40,053 nt of DNA, from positions 1 to 40,053 of IMG/VR virus record IMGVR_UViG_3300026472_000012; one strand, written 5' to 3'. Below, piece after piece: positions 25,171-34,227 of this stretch. The translations under genes were made by a program, and so were the position numbers. Below the pieces are notes generated by a model. That model ran no database searches. It was not told the DNA's origin and saw only the letters and a program-made list of their open reading frames with translations. Positions within the stretch are counted from its first letter, which is position 1, and every line of letters starts with the position of its first letter. The DNA comes from a virus.

Positions 25171-25454
25171 AACTCTATGAAATTGAAGTTTCGCGCTTAA
25201 AAGCAAAAATTAGGAAAGCTATCAAGCAATTAAAAATAACCTGCATTTCGTATGGCTTTGAAACTTTAGATTTATCTGAATCAGTTTGGATTCACAAGAT
25301 AGAAAACAATGAATTGGTTTTTAGTAAATCAGTTCTATTAGATGCCAGTAAGCATCAAGATAGTTTACAAATTTATGTTTTAAACCAACAGCTTGAGAAA
25401 ATTAATGAAATTAAAACTTTCGTTAAGTCAAGTGCTTATGAATTAGTGGCTTAG
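25167..25454 (+). CDS. Hypothetical early protein
   Basis: Start trimmed to ATG 25167 (MKLYEIEV), an ATGA overlap preceded by CAGGAGAG. Confidence 0.55.
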   Translation: MKLYEIEVSRLKAKIRKAIKQLKITCISYGFETLDLSESVWIHKIENNELVFSKSVLLDASKHQDSLQIYVLNQQLEKINEIKTFVKSSAYELVA

Positions 25455-25463
25455 GAGAAAGAG

Positions 25464-25970
25464 ATGAATTCTCAAGTTCAAAATAGAACGCACTGGAAGC
25501 AATTAATTAATCCTAAATATTTAGGTGTTTATTGCCTTCCAAATGGGCAGGATCTGACTATCACAATCCGTTCAGTAGGTCGTGAAATTGTTATTGGTGA
25601 TGGCGGTAAAAAAGAAGAATGTACTGTGGCACAGCTCGTAAATTCAAAACCTATGATTCTTAACCGAACCAACTGTAAAACCATTGAACGCATGTATGGT
25701 CCATATTTAGAAGATTGGGCTGGAAAATCAATCACAGTGTTTGAATCATCTGTAAAAGTTGCTGGTGAAATCGTTGCTTGCTTACGAGTCAGAAAAGAAG
25801 TACCCCACGTTCAGAAAGTATTGCATCCAATTACCCCGCAGCAGTTCGATAAAGCGCTAAAAGCAGTTGAGACAGGTCATTACTCCATTGATCAAATCGT
25901 TGCTGGATATGCTTTAACTCAAGATCAACTCAACCAATTAAATGGAGTCAAAAATAATGAAACTAATTAG
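25464..25970 (+). CDS. Hypothetical early protein (recombination-module neighbour)
   Basis: 168-aa ORF preceded by AGGAGAAAGAG, directly upstream of the nuclease gene. Confidence 0.55.
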   Translation: MNSQVQNRTHWKQLINPKYLGVYCLPNGQDLTITIRSVGREIVIGDGGKKEECTVAQLVNSKPMILNRTNCKTIERMYGPYLEDWAGKSITVFESSVKVAGEIVACLRVRKEVPHVQKVLHPITPQQFDKALKAVETGHYSIDQIVAGYALTQDQLNQLNGVKNNETN

Positions 25971-26580
25971 AGCTTCATCAATTGGAAAGATTATGGCTTA
26001 CCCTGAAAAAGATACTTTAAGCAGTGGCGCATATACATATCTTGAGTGCTTAGCGTCTCAAGTGGCTTTGGATTGGGATGAGGATTTAAGTTTTAACATG
26101 GTCGAAAAAGGACGCATCGTTGAGCAAGATTCTATCGATCTCTACAACAGTTATAACTTCACAAGCTATGTGAAAAATACTGAACGTAAAAACTCAGAAC
26201 TAATCACCGGCGAATGTGACATCGATGATGTGGAAAACAGCCTAATCATTGATATCAAATCTTCTTGGTCTAAAGCAACTCACCCCTACCAATTGAAGCT
26301 AGGCGGTAAAACAGCGTATGAATGGCAACTCTTAGCCTACATGCACCTATGGGATAGAAACCAAGCTGAACTAGCACATTGCTTAGTTGATACACCATAC
26401 GAATTGATTGGCTATGAAGATGACAATCTGCATGAAGTAAATCATATCGACAAAGCATTACGTGTGACTACGCTTCGTTTTGAACGTGATGCAATCAAAG
26501 AAAAACAAATGTTGGCCAAAGCAAAAACAGCACAATATGTTTTGGCTGAATTACTTGATAAGAAAGGAATTGCGGCATGA
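25957..26580 (+). CDS. PD-(D/E)XK nuclease (YqaJ/lambda-exonuclease-like)
   Basis: Start ATG 25957 follows GGAG. Motifs GECDID and IIDIKSS fit D...(D/E)xK. Confidence 0.6.
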   Translation: MKLIRASSIGKIMAYPEKDTLSSGAYTYLECLASQVALDWDEDLSFNMVEKGRIVEQDSIDLYNSYNFTSYVKNTERKNSELITGECDIDDVENSLIIDIKSSWSKATHPYQLKLGGKTAYEWQLLAYMHLWDRNQAELAHCLVDTPYELIGYEDDNLHEVNHIDKALRVTTLRFERDAIKEKQMLAKAKTAQYVLAELLDKKGIAA

Positions 26581-26993
26581 TGACAATTAATAATGAAAAA
26601 GTTTCGGTTCAAGAAGCTTTTGAGATTGAGGCTGATGAGATTGGTTTTTGCTTGGATCAGAAATGGGGAGATTATGAAAACCCATATGAAAATAACGATA
26701 CCGCCCTTGCATTTGATTTGTTTAAAAAGGGATGGCAAGCCAAAGCCACCCCTGAAGGGTTTGTTTTGATGCCAAGTGGGGTTTTGGATTTAACTCGATT
26801 CATGTGTGAAACATGGACTGAAATTGACAAATTTGTTTATAAGAATTGTCAGAATTTAGAACTATACCCCCTTATTCAAGGATCAAAAACCCAATCTGCA
26901 ATTAGAAAAATAGGCAAACAGAAATTTAATCCGTTTGCGGTTGGTGCTGGTATTCAAGCAATGATTGAAGCACAGGAGCAAAGTCATGAGTAA
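26577..26993 (+). CDS. Hypothetical early protein
   Basis: 138-aa ORF, ATGA-coupled to the nuclease gene. Confidence 0.55.
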   Translation: MMTINNEKVSVQEAFEIEADEIGFCLDQKWGDYENPYENNDTALAFDLFKKGWQAKATPEGFVLMPSGVLDLTRFMCETWTEIDKFVYKNCQNLELYPLIQGSKTQSAIRKIGKQKFNPFAVGAGIQAMIEAQEQSHE

Positions 26994-27201
26994 ACCAATT
27001 TCAAATGATGACATTGATTACATATCAGATTTAGCTGAACAGTTAGCTCCACGTGTAATCGGTGGGAATGGCTTTTCTCTTGAATTAAACGCAGATCAAA
27101 CCACTTTGTTCTATCACATTCTTACTGATTTTATTGTGAATAATGAAATGAGTGATGATTTGCCAAAAGATATTCGGAAAGCATTGGGGGAAGTTGCGTG
27201 A
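26986..27201 (+). CDS. Hypothetical small acidic protein
   Basis: Start trimmed to ATG 26986 (MSKPISNDD), overlapping the upstream stop. Confidence 0.5.
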   Translation: MSKPISNDDIDYISDLAEQLAPRVIGGNGFSLELNADQTTLFYHILTDFIVNNEMSDDLPKDIRKALGEVA

Positions 27202-27395
27202 AAAACCACATAGGTATTCGATCTAAACTCAAAGAGCTCAATGTAGAAATGATGTCTACGGTAATGCGTCGAGATCAATATCAAAAAGAAGGCAATGAGT
27301 TTGCATTTGATTTAATGCTTGGAAAGCTGGGAGAAATTTTGGCTCAAATTAAAATATTGAAATGGGTTTTAGAAGAAAAGGAGCAAGGTCTATGA
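27198..27395 (+). CDS. Hypothetical small protein
   Basis: GTG start in a GTGA overlap with the upstream stop; 65 aa. Confidence 0.45.
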   Translation: MKNHIGIRSKLKELNVEMMSTVMRRDQYQKEGNEFAFDLMLGKLGEILAQIKILKWVLEEKEQGL

Positions 27396-27565
27396 AATGG
27401 TACTCTATGACGCAAGTAGCGAGTGAATTAGGTGTGTGTCTAAATACTTTCAAAAAATACTATTTAGAGAAGTATCCACCTGATCAGGAATTTGGAGTTC
27501 AAAAGAAATATACAGCTTCTACTTTGCTAAGGATGAAAAAAGAAATATTAAAGGAAGGCGCTTAA
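27392..27565 (+). CDS. xis: Excisionase / AlpA-like HTH protein
   Basis: ATG 27392 follows AGGAG (MKWYSMTQVASELGVCLNTFKKY). It is convergent with and adjacent to the integrase. Confidence 0.6.
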   Translation: MKWYSMTQVASELGVCLNTFKKYYLEKYPPDQEFGVQKKYTASTLLRMKKEILKEGA

Positions 27566-28707
27566 TTAGCGCCTTTCATCCAACGATCAACTTGTTCTGA
27601 ATACCACTTCATCAACTCTACTCTTTCATCCCAATATTCAGCTCTGTTGTAAATACCGCGAATACGATCTTTGGGAACGTGCGCAATTTGGTATTCAATT
27701 ACATCAGGTCTGAATAGTTTTGAGTTATTTGTGTGGGTAGAGAATAAAGATCGAAAACCATGTGTAACCATCTGCCCTGCATAACCATTTCGCTTAATGA
27801 TTGCTAAAATGCTTTCAGATCGGACATGCTCACCAGGATTGCGAGTGTGCTTAAAAATATATCCATTATCCGTCTTATGATCATACAGCTCTTTAAATAG
27901 CGTGTAAGTTTGATCAGTCAAAGGTACAACATGATCTCTACGCATTTTCATACGAGATGCTGGAATCACCCACTGTCTATTTTCTAAATCTATTTCCCCA
28001 CTATCCCAACGTGATTGAAGTAACTCAGAAATACGAACTGCTGTGTAACATGCGAGTTTAAGTGCGTGTAACAATTCTGGTGTAACATTGCTATGTGTTA
28101 CCCGGTTCCAAAACTCAGGCATCTGCTCTGCATCAAGACTCGGCATATTACGAACAGTTTGCTGCGGAATAACGTCAGAAATCAAAGTACATGGATTTTT
28201 TTGCGTATAGTCTGAAGCAATAGCAAAGTTAAAGATTTCATTTAGTAATCGTAGTGAACGTTTTGCGGTTTCTAGTGTTCCCTTATTCACGATTTCTTTT
28301 ACTTTCTTAACGATTATTTTTCTATCAACTTCATCAATCGGCTGATTTTTAAAATCTTCAGTAATATAATTCAGCCTATAAATAACTGTATCTATGTACT
28401 TTTTACTGGACCAACGCGGCGTCATCAGTTTAAGCCATTCTTCAATCACAGCATTTACAGATGGTGAATTTAGCATTTTGCCTTGTGCTTCAGCTTTACA
28501 CTGACGAGCTAACTGGCGGGCATCTTTGCACCCTAGCTCAGGGTATTCACCTAAATTCTTTCTAGTCTGTTTTCCATTTACCCGGTATGAAACGATCCAT
28601 TTCTTTTTACCTGTAGGAAATACATCAACTGACAAGCCCTCGCCATCTGCAAGTGAATATCTTTTTTCTTTTGGTTTTAAAGCTTTTACTTGTGAGTCTG
28701 AAAGCAT
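27562..28707 (-). CDS. int: Tyrosine integrase (P4-like, DUF4102-type N-terminus)
   Basis: N-terminal LSDSQVKALKPKEKRYSLADGEGLSVDV; C-terminal RISELL...HGFRSLFSTH...Y catalytic region. Confidence 0.9.
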   Translation of the reverse strand: MLSDSQVKALKPKEKRYSLADGEGLSVDVFPTGKKKWIVSYRVNGKQTRKNLGEYPELGCKDARQLARQCKAEAQGKMLNSPSVNAVIEEWLKLMTPRWSSKKYIDTVIYRLNYITEDFKNQPIDEVDRKIIVKKVKEIVNKGTLETAKRSLRLLNEIFNFAIASDYTQKNPCTLISDVIPQQTVRNMPSLDAEQMPEFWNRVTHSNVTPELLHALKLACYTAVRISELLQSRWDSGEIDLENRQWVIPASRMKMRRDHVVPLTDQTYTLFKELYDHKTDNGYIFKHTRNPGEHVRSESILAIIKRNGYAGQMVTHGFRSLFSTHTNNSKLFRPDVIEYQIAHVPKDRIRGIYNRAEYWDERVELMKWYSEQVDRWMKGAN

Positions 28708-29083
28708 AGTTTACCTGTTACACGCGTGTCACACCTGTGTAACATCATATAGTGATAGTGCGTGATTTTCAAATAATGCCTGTCTATGTCCATGATAGAT
28801 ATTTAGGCATTAAAAAAGCCCTGAAACTGTTAAATTTCAAGGCTTTATTAAGTTTCATGATACATCGTATAACTAAGTGACAGATCATGATTTACAAATT
28901 TGGTGGAGATGGCGGGAGTTGAAATAAAACTTTAAATAATTGTTTTTATTTAAAATTTTAATTACAGAATATGCATTGTGTAACTTATGTGTAACACACC
29001 ACTTTGATAGATCATGATTTTTTATGATAGTAATTTATTTATCTGAGTTCGCTTTCTCTTTTAGAAATTGAACTCATGCATTA
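28708..29083. promoter_or_regulatory. attP region with core and arm-type repeats
   Basis: Non-coding and AT-rich. TGTGTAAC occurs at 28736, 28977 and 28988. GA(C/T)AGATCATGATTT occurs at 28879 and 29006. The core lies at 28901..28923. Confidence 0.7.
28901..28923 (-). other. att core identical in form to the 3' end of a tRNA/tmRNA gene (T-loop, acceptor, CCA)
   Basis: The minus strand reads TTCAACT-CCCGC-CATCTCC-A-CCA. The acceptor would pair with a GGGGATG 5' end carrying a G3:U pair, as in tmRNA or tRNA-Ala. The rest of the RNA gene is absent. Confidence 0.65.
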
Positions 29084-29527
29084 TCAAAGAGCTTTCTCAA
29101 ACAATTTACGCTCTTTAGCCCGACGATTAACCAAGCCTTGCATAACTTTACCGCCTGCTCTATTCCAACGATCAAACTGAGCTGCTGCACCTTTAAAATC
29201 TTTTGCATTTAACTTTTTAAGTAAAGTTGAACTTTTAAATGCACCAGTACCAATATTATAAGCAAGAGATACAAGCGCATCAAACTGATTCTGAGTAATT
29301 GTGACTTTTACAGAAGTATCTACAGCTGATTCAAATTTCTTTAAATCTTGAGCCATATAGCTTTTAGCTTGTTCAATCGTACAAGTATCGCCTTTCTTAA
29401 CCTTAATACCATTTACGATTGTAGTACCATAACCGATGGTCCATACCCCCACACCATCATCGTATGCTTTGAGCTCTAGCCCCTCAAAACCACAAATCAG
29501 ATTAATTCCATTAGCACTTGTTTTCAT
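29084..29527 (-). CDS. Endolysin (GH24 T4-lysozyme-like)
   Basis: FEGLELKAYDDGVGVWTIGYGTT motif. The ATG at 29527 overlaps the holin stop (TAATG). Confidence 0.85.
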   Translation of the reverse strand: MKTSANGINLICGFEGLELKAYDDGVGVWTIGYGTTIVNGIKVKKGDTCTIEQAKSYMAQDLKKFESAVDTSVKVTITQNQFDALVSLAYNIGTGAFKSSTLLKKLNAKDFKGAAAQFDRWNRAGGKVMQGLVNRRAKERKLFEKAL

Positions 29528-29805
29528 TAAGCACCCCACTTCTTAGCATTCTTCTTTAAGTATTCTTCGATAAAAGTAGAACCTAAAATACCCAAAGCGC
29601 TACCAATTCCAAGTAATGCCAATGGTGAAATACTAGGTATCTGAAGCAAAACTAATCCCGCGACTAATGATGATGCAGAACCAAGTATTGTTCTTCCGAT
29701 AATAACGCGGAACGTGAGTTTTTCTGTTGAAACTAGAAGCTTACTCATACCGATCAGCCCTCCAATTGCAATTAAAGTCAGTAATGTTTTTTCATGCTCT
29801 TGCAT
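29527..29805 (-). CDS. Holin
   Basis: ATG 29805 lies 5 nt after AGGAGG; the track start at 29826 is TTG. It has multiple TM segments and a charged C-terminus, KKNAKKWGA, and lies upstream of the endolysin. Confidence 0.7.
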   Translation of the reverse strand: MQEHEKTLLTLIAIGGLIGMSKLLVSTEKLTFRVIIGRTILGSASSLVAGLVLLQIPSISPLALLGIGSALGILGSTFIEEYLKKNAKKWGA

Positions 29806-29826
29806 GTAACCTCCTATTTTTGGCAA

Positions 29827-29848
29827 TAAAAAAGCACCTTTCGGTGCT
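29827..29848 (-). terminator. Intrinsic terminator after the long tail fibre gene
   Basis: Minus strand: AGCACC-GAAA-GGTGCT followed by TTTTTTATT. Confidence 0.7.
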
Positions 29849-29868
29849 TCAAATAATGATTCTACTAT

Positions 29869-31170
29869 TTATGGCAACACTAATTTACCTAGACATTGCG
29901 CGGGAATATGAAAAGTTATTGCGTTTGAGTTATTCGGAAAACTTAACCACTGGCTATTTGCTTCAGCTGTAACTTCATTATATGTTGCTGTTGGCGACAC
30001 AAGTGTTAGCCCATATGCGTTTCCCGATATCCATCCAAAAGCAGTTGAAATCCCCGCATAATCCACACCTAGAGCAAAAACCTTATAAGTCTTATCTGTG
30101 ATAGTAAAAACCACTCCACTGCCTGAAACTTTATGCCTTAAGAATCCTCGGACCCACAAATTACCGTCAATTTTCGCAAACTCTAGTTTTGCAGGATTAC
30201 CCGCAATTGTTCCATGGCCAAACGTTGCTTCATTAAAAAATCCGATTCCATCCGCACTTACCCATTCAGTCTCACTAGCCCCCTTACTACTAATTTGCTT
30301 TTGTAACTTACTCAGCATCGTTCCTAATGAATCACTAGCCGTAATTACAGAACTTACACCCTCTGTATAGGCTGAATATACAACATCAAATATTTTATTC
30401 TGACCATTTAAACTACTAAATTGTCCAGACAAAGCCACGGGGGCTACATCTGCACTTTGTAGCGCAGTATCGGCTTTAACGCCTTGCGCTGTTGTTGCTG
30501 CACCCAAAGATTGTGCGGTAATTTGACTGACCAACTGTTGAGCTGTACCAAGCTTTTCAGCACCAATATTTGTACGTGCATTTTGCTTCTGAATTTCAGT
30601 TAAAACTTGAGTCGCAACATCAAAGCGAACACGATTAGCGACAGATTGATTTAAACCATCAATCAAACTTTGATTGTTCTGTAAAGCTGTTGCCAGCTCA
30701 TAGATTGTGTCTAATGCTTCTGGTGCAGAACCTACCAATTTTGCTATTTGCTGCTGAACATAAGCTTGATCTGCTTTTGTTTCTACAAGTAATGCAAGTT
30801 GAGCTAGTGCTTGGATATCTGCTTTGCTAAGTATTGCTAAGCGATTTAACTCAACTTGTTCTTGAGCAAGTTCAAAGTCTTGTATATCAACTTTTTGCGA
30901 TAATTTAAGCTGATTGGTTTCTGCCAGTGATTTCACTTGATTTATATCTAATGAAAGTAATTCTTTGACTGTATTCGCTGAACCTTTCTGATCCGCTCCA
31001 ACATCTTCAGCTTTTAAAATGATATGACCTGTTTTAGCGTTGACGGATTGAACGGCACTAACTGCTCCATCACCAGCAATAACAATAGTATTGGTGAACA
31101 GTTTTAATGTATCACCCTCATTAAGTTTAATTGTTAAAGAGTCACCATTTTTAATTTGTAGTACATCCAT
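29869..31170 (-). CDS. Tail fibre protein (coiled-coil shaft, C-terminal receptor-binding region)
   Basis: 433 aa with a long Q/A/L-rich heptad region, at the end of the tail module. Confidence 0.7.
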   Translation of the reverse strand: MDVLQIKNGDSLTIKLNEGDTLKLFTNTIVIAGDGAVSAVQSVNAKTGHIILKAEDVGADQKGSANTVKELLSLDINQVKSLAETNQLKLSQKVDIQDFELAQEQVELNRLAILSKADIQALAQLALLVETKADQAYVQQQIAKLVGSAPEALDTIYELATALQNNQSLIDGLNQSVANRVRFDVATQVLTEIQKQNARTNIGAEKLGTAQQLVSQITAQSLGAATTAQGVKADTALQSADVAPVALSGQFSSLNGQNKIFDVVYSAYTEGVSSVITASDSLGTMLSKLQKQISSKGASETEWVSADGIGFFNEATFGHGTIAGNPAKLEFAKIDGNLWVRGFLRHKVSGSGVVFTITDKTYKVFALGVDYAGISTAFGWISGNAYGLTLVSPTATYNEVTAEANSQWLSFPNNSNAITFHIPAQCLGKLVLP

Positions 31171-31171
31171 T

Positions 31172-31486
31172 CTAGCCTCGTATAACTATGACAGGTATCA
31201 ATACAGTTGAACGAATACCGCTTACGACTCTCACAAGGCGAATCTGCAATTCACCGACTGGCCAATCATTGGTACTCGTTGCAGTAATTAAAAAGTCACC
31301 CTTATTGGTGACTTGATCAAGTTTCAAAACTGTTAATGGACCTGTCCACGACTGACTTAAGGTTTCAATTAGGGCCTCAAATTCTGTAATTGATAAATCA
31401 ATAGGTTTATCTTGAGGATCATCATAATGACACGCATAACTAAACGTATCACCCCGAATGATATTTAGAGATTGCTCACAACTCAT
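31172..31486 (-). CDS. Small fibre-associated protein, unknown function
   Basis: 104-aa ORF immediately upstream of the long fibre gene. Confidence 0.4.
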   Translation of the reverse strand: MSCEQSLNIIRGDTFSYACHYDDPQDKPIDLSITEFEALIETLSQSWTGPLTVLKLDQVTNKGDFLITATSTNDWPVGELQIRLVRVVSGIRSTVLIPVIVIRG

Positions 31487-31511
31487 TTTATAACCATCAC
31501 TTTTATAAGAT

Positions 31512-31916
31512 TTAAAGCTTCATTGCTTTTTCCCACAAGGTATTTATCTGTTCTTCATCCAAATTAATTAATTGCAATAATTGTGCAACCGCATCACTTG
31601 TACGCTCGAACTGTGTGCTTTCGTTAAATTCAATGCTCATTAACTTTTTCTTTTTTAAATTTTTAATTTCAGCAATTGCAGTTTCGATTTGATCATCAAG
31701 ATCATTTGTTGCAAGTGCTAATAAAAACTGTCGACGAGTCAAAGGTTTTAATGATGCTAAATAATTTTGGTGCTTTTGTTCATCAGATAAAAATTTATCT
31801 GGATTTAAATGTCGATCAATTTCATCTTTAGTCATCTGGATAAAGCCTTCAGTGACTAAATCTAGTTGCCCATCTTCAAATGCATAAACATCATTATTTT
31901 TTTTAAAATATTTCAT
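31512..31916 (-). CDS. Putative tail fibre assembly/chaperone protein
   Basis: Start trimmed to ATG 31916 (MKYFKKNNDVYAFEDG), in a TAATG overlap with the upstream fibre gene. Confidence 0.45.
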   Translation of the reverse strand: MKYFKKNNDVYAFEDGQLDLVTEGFIQMTKDEIDRHLNPDKFLSDEQKHQNYLASLKPLTRRQFLLALATNDLDDQIETAIAEIKNLKKKKLMSIEFNESTQFERTSDAVAQLLQLINLDEEQINTLWEKAMKL

Positions 31917-32401
31917 TAACGCAACTCCGTCCAAGCCCAAATTCCACTGCCAGTTGTCAATTTATACATACCATTATTAGGTACAATTGCAGAGATTGTT
32001 ACCGTGCCTCGTGTACCATATCCACAGTGAAAAACACCAACTTTAATACCATTAATAAATAGCTCAGCATCGGAATCACCATCATTTCCAGAAACAAGGA
32101 TATTGATAAAAATTGGAAAACCTGTGCTGTTTGTATAAGTTGTATCTTTGACTCTAATGCTTGAAACATCTTGCCATTTTTGATTAGTGTTACTGGTTTC
32201 AATGAAATTATCGAGAGCCTTAGCTTGATTATCTAAACCATCAATTAATTCATTTATTTTTACTGTCAATGAGTTAAATAACCAGTTAAACCATTGTCGA
32301 GCTGGTTTAAGTGCAGCTGGGAAACCATTGGTTTGGTTTAACTCGTTTGTATTCTTTTCACCGTTTACAGCAAATTCAATTAATTTTTCAATATTAGCCA
32401 T
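31916..32401 (-). CDS. Short tail fibre/receptor-binding protein
   Basis: 161 aa. The N-terminal LKPARQWFNWLFNSL is typical of fibre N-termini that dock on the baseplate. It directly follows the baseplate genes. Confidence 0.55.
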   Translation of the reverse strand: MANIEKLIEFAVNGEKNTNELNQTNGFPAALKPARQWFNWLFNSLTVKINELIDGLDNQAKALDNFIETSNTNQKWQDVSSIRVKDTTYTNSTGFPIFINILVSGNDGDSDAELFINGIKVGVFHCGYGTRGTVTISAIVPNNGMYKLTTGSGIWAWTELR

Positions 32402-33085
32402 TTAATATGACTCCTCTATCCAATAACCACCCTTATTGGTGTCACCTGTTTCACCAAAACCTAAACTATCCGGCTGATCTACCCAGCCGAAACTCTCAAA
32501 CCAGTTTGTAAAAAATTTAATCCCTACACCTGCTGGCTTGGGAATCATCACGCGTACTAATTGCCTTGTTGTGACTGCCATTGATGACTGAACACCAATT
32601 CCAATCCACATCAAACCACTATCAAAAACCGTGTATCGCTCATTAAGAATAAAATCCAAAACTTTATAAGCATCAAACAAGGAACATCCGCAGCTATTTC
32701 TATAAATTTGTGCCTTGATCACTTTTTTAAGTAGCTCTGTTTCAATGGTCCCTGTTGTATTTCCTGTTTGACCAGATTCACGCCAAAAACCACCAGCACT
32801 AGGATTATTGGTTTCACCAAATGGCAGTGCTGCTGGTTGACCATCAAAACCAAAGAGAGGCAATGCTACGGCGTTCGGTGTTGTTGTTGGTGCACCGACC
32901 CATTTTGCTAACGTTACTAATTGATCACCTGTAGCTGTTTCGATATCGAAATGACTTGGTAAAGTTTGTATAGCGTTACGAACATCAATGATTGGCTGTA
33001 ATGTGGTTCGTATCATCGCTTCAAATTTTGGTTTACCCCGATGTTGACTGGTAATCAACTTTAGATAGTCATCAATTTTCATCAT
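32402..33085 (-). CDS. Baseplate wedge protein (DUF2612-like)
   Basis: 227-aa ORF after the J-like gene; N-terminal YLKLITSQHRGKPKF. Confidence 0.55.
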   Translation of the reverse strand: MMKIDDYLKLITSQHRGKPKFEAMIRTTLQPIIDVRNAIQTLPSHFDIETATGDQLVTLAKWVGAPTTTPNAVALPLFGFDGQPAALPFGETNNPSAGGFWRESGQTGNTTGTIETELLKKVIKAQIYRNSCGCSLFDAYKVLDFILNERYTVFDSGLMWIGIGVQSSMAVTTRQLVRVMIPKPAGVGIKFFTNWFESFGWVDQPDSLGFGETGDTNKGGYWIEESY

Positions 33086-34227
33086 GAGACCCCAATAGTT
33101 ACATCATTAACCGTACAAACTGCTAATTCAGTAAAATGCAAATCTAAGCTGCTTTGTCCATTAATTCTTATTTCGATGATCTCGAAACTATGTGACTCAA
33201 CACTGCCACTTAACGCTGCCGAAATATCAAGACGTTTAGAAGTAATCTGTCCGCCAATCATCACGTTATTAATGTAGTCAGCCACAGCCTGTTTGATCTT
33301 TTCACCTGTTACGTCGTTGTAATTGCTATGTGCCTTAATCGCGACATTTACTAGGGTAGGAACAATTGTCGGTCTGTAAAAACGAATGGTTGAAGGATTA
33401 TTTTTTTGATCAAATACAGTTCTGGTGATATTTCCAACTGTGCTACAACCCATCGTTTTTTTAAGTTTGATTACCTCAGCAATAGTTTGCTCATCTCCAC
33501 CTGCTACAACAAAGGCCATGCTGTGTGGAGGCATTCCATATGCATTGACAACATCGGTTTCATTTTCATAATTTTGATAATGTGTTACACCCGATATATC
33601 TGCGATTGCACCCATAGTGCCATCCAATAACCCGATCGATGGAATAGCCACAGATATCACTTGTCGACGACGCAATGTTGCATCATTTTCAACAGGATTA
33701 CCCAGTACCGCGGCATTGGGATTATTTACAGAAACCCATCCACGAGTTGGAGTGATGATCTTATTAATACTATGTGGTGTGGCGGCTATACTGCCAATAT
33801 CTTCACATGTCGCATTGACTGTAATAGTTCCTGAATTATCAATGACGGCCACAGGAGGTAAAAACCATCGGTGTGTACCATCACTTACAATGCCGTTGTT
33901 GATTGTCGTACCAATCGCACCAGTCAGTATCACTGGTGTTGTTGAGTTGGTCGCAACCGCTCGAGCAATACCATTAATGGCCACATTTCGAGAAAGTGCA
34001 TCACTTAAAGCATCAACCGGACTAAAGGAGTTATAAACTCCGACTGTGATAGCGGCTGTATCACTAATTGCTCGTGCAATGAATGCTAAAAACTGCCCAT
34101 CTTGACTATCATTTTCCAAATAAACATCATTGCCATAAATCGTTTTATATTGTCTTTTTATGTCTTCAAGAATTTCATCAAATGTACTCGCTGATACACC
34201 ATTTTCATTGATCGTTACATAGCTCAT
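33082..34227 (-). CDS. Baseplate J-like protein
   Basis: 381-aa ORF whose size and position match baseplate J/gp47-type proteins. Confidence 0.65.
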   Translation of the reverse strand: MSYVTINENGVSASTFDEILEDIKRQYKTIYGNDVYLENDSQDGQFLAFIARAISDTAAITVGVYNSFSPVDALSDALSRNVAINGIARAVATNSTTPVILTGAIGTTINNGIVSDGTHRWFLPPVAVIDNSGTITVNATCEDIGSIAATPHSINKIITPTRGWVSVNNPNAAVLGNPVENDATLRRRQVISVAIPSIGLLDGTMGAIADISGVTHYQNYENETDVVNAYGMPPHSMAFVVAGGDEQTIAEVIKLKKTMGCSTVGNITRTVFDQKNNPSTIRFYRPTIVPTLVNVAIKAHSNYNDVTGEKIKQAVADYINNVMIGGQITSKRLDISAALSGSVESHSFEIIEIRINGQSSLDLHFTELAVCTVNDVTIGVS

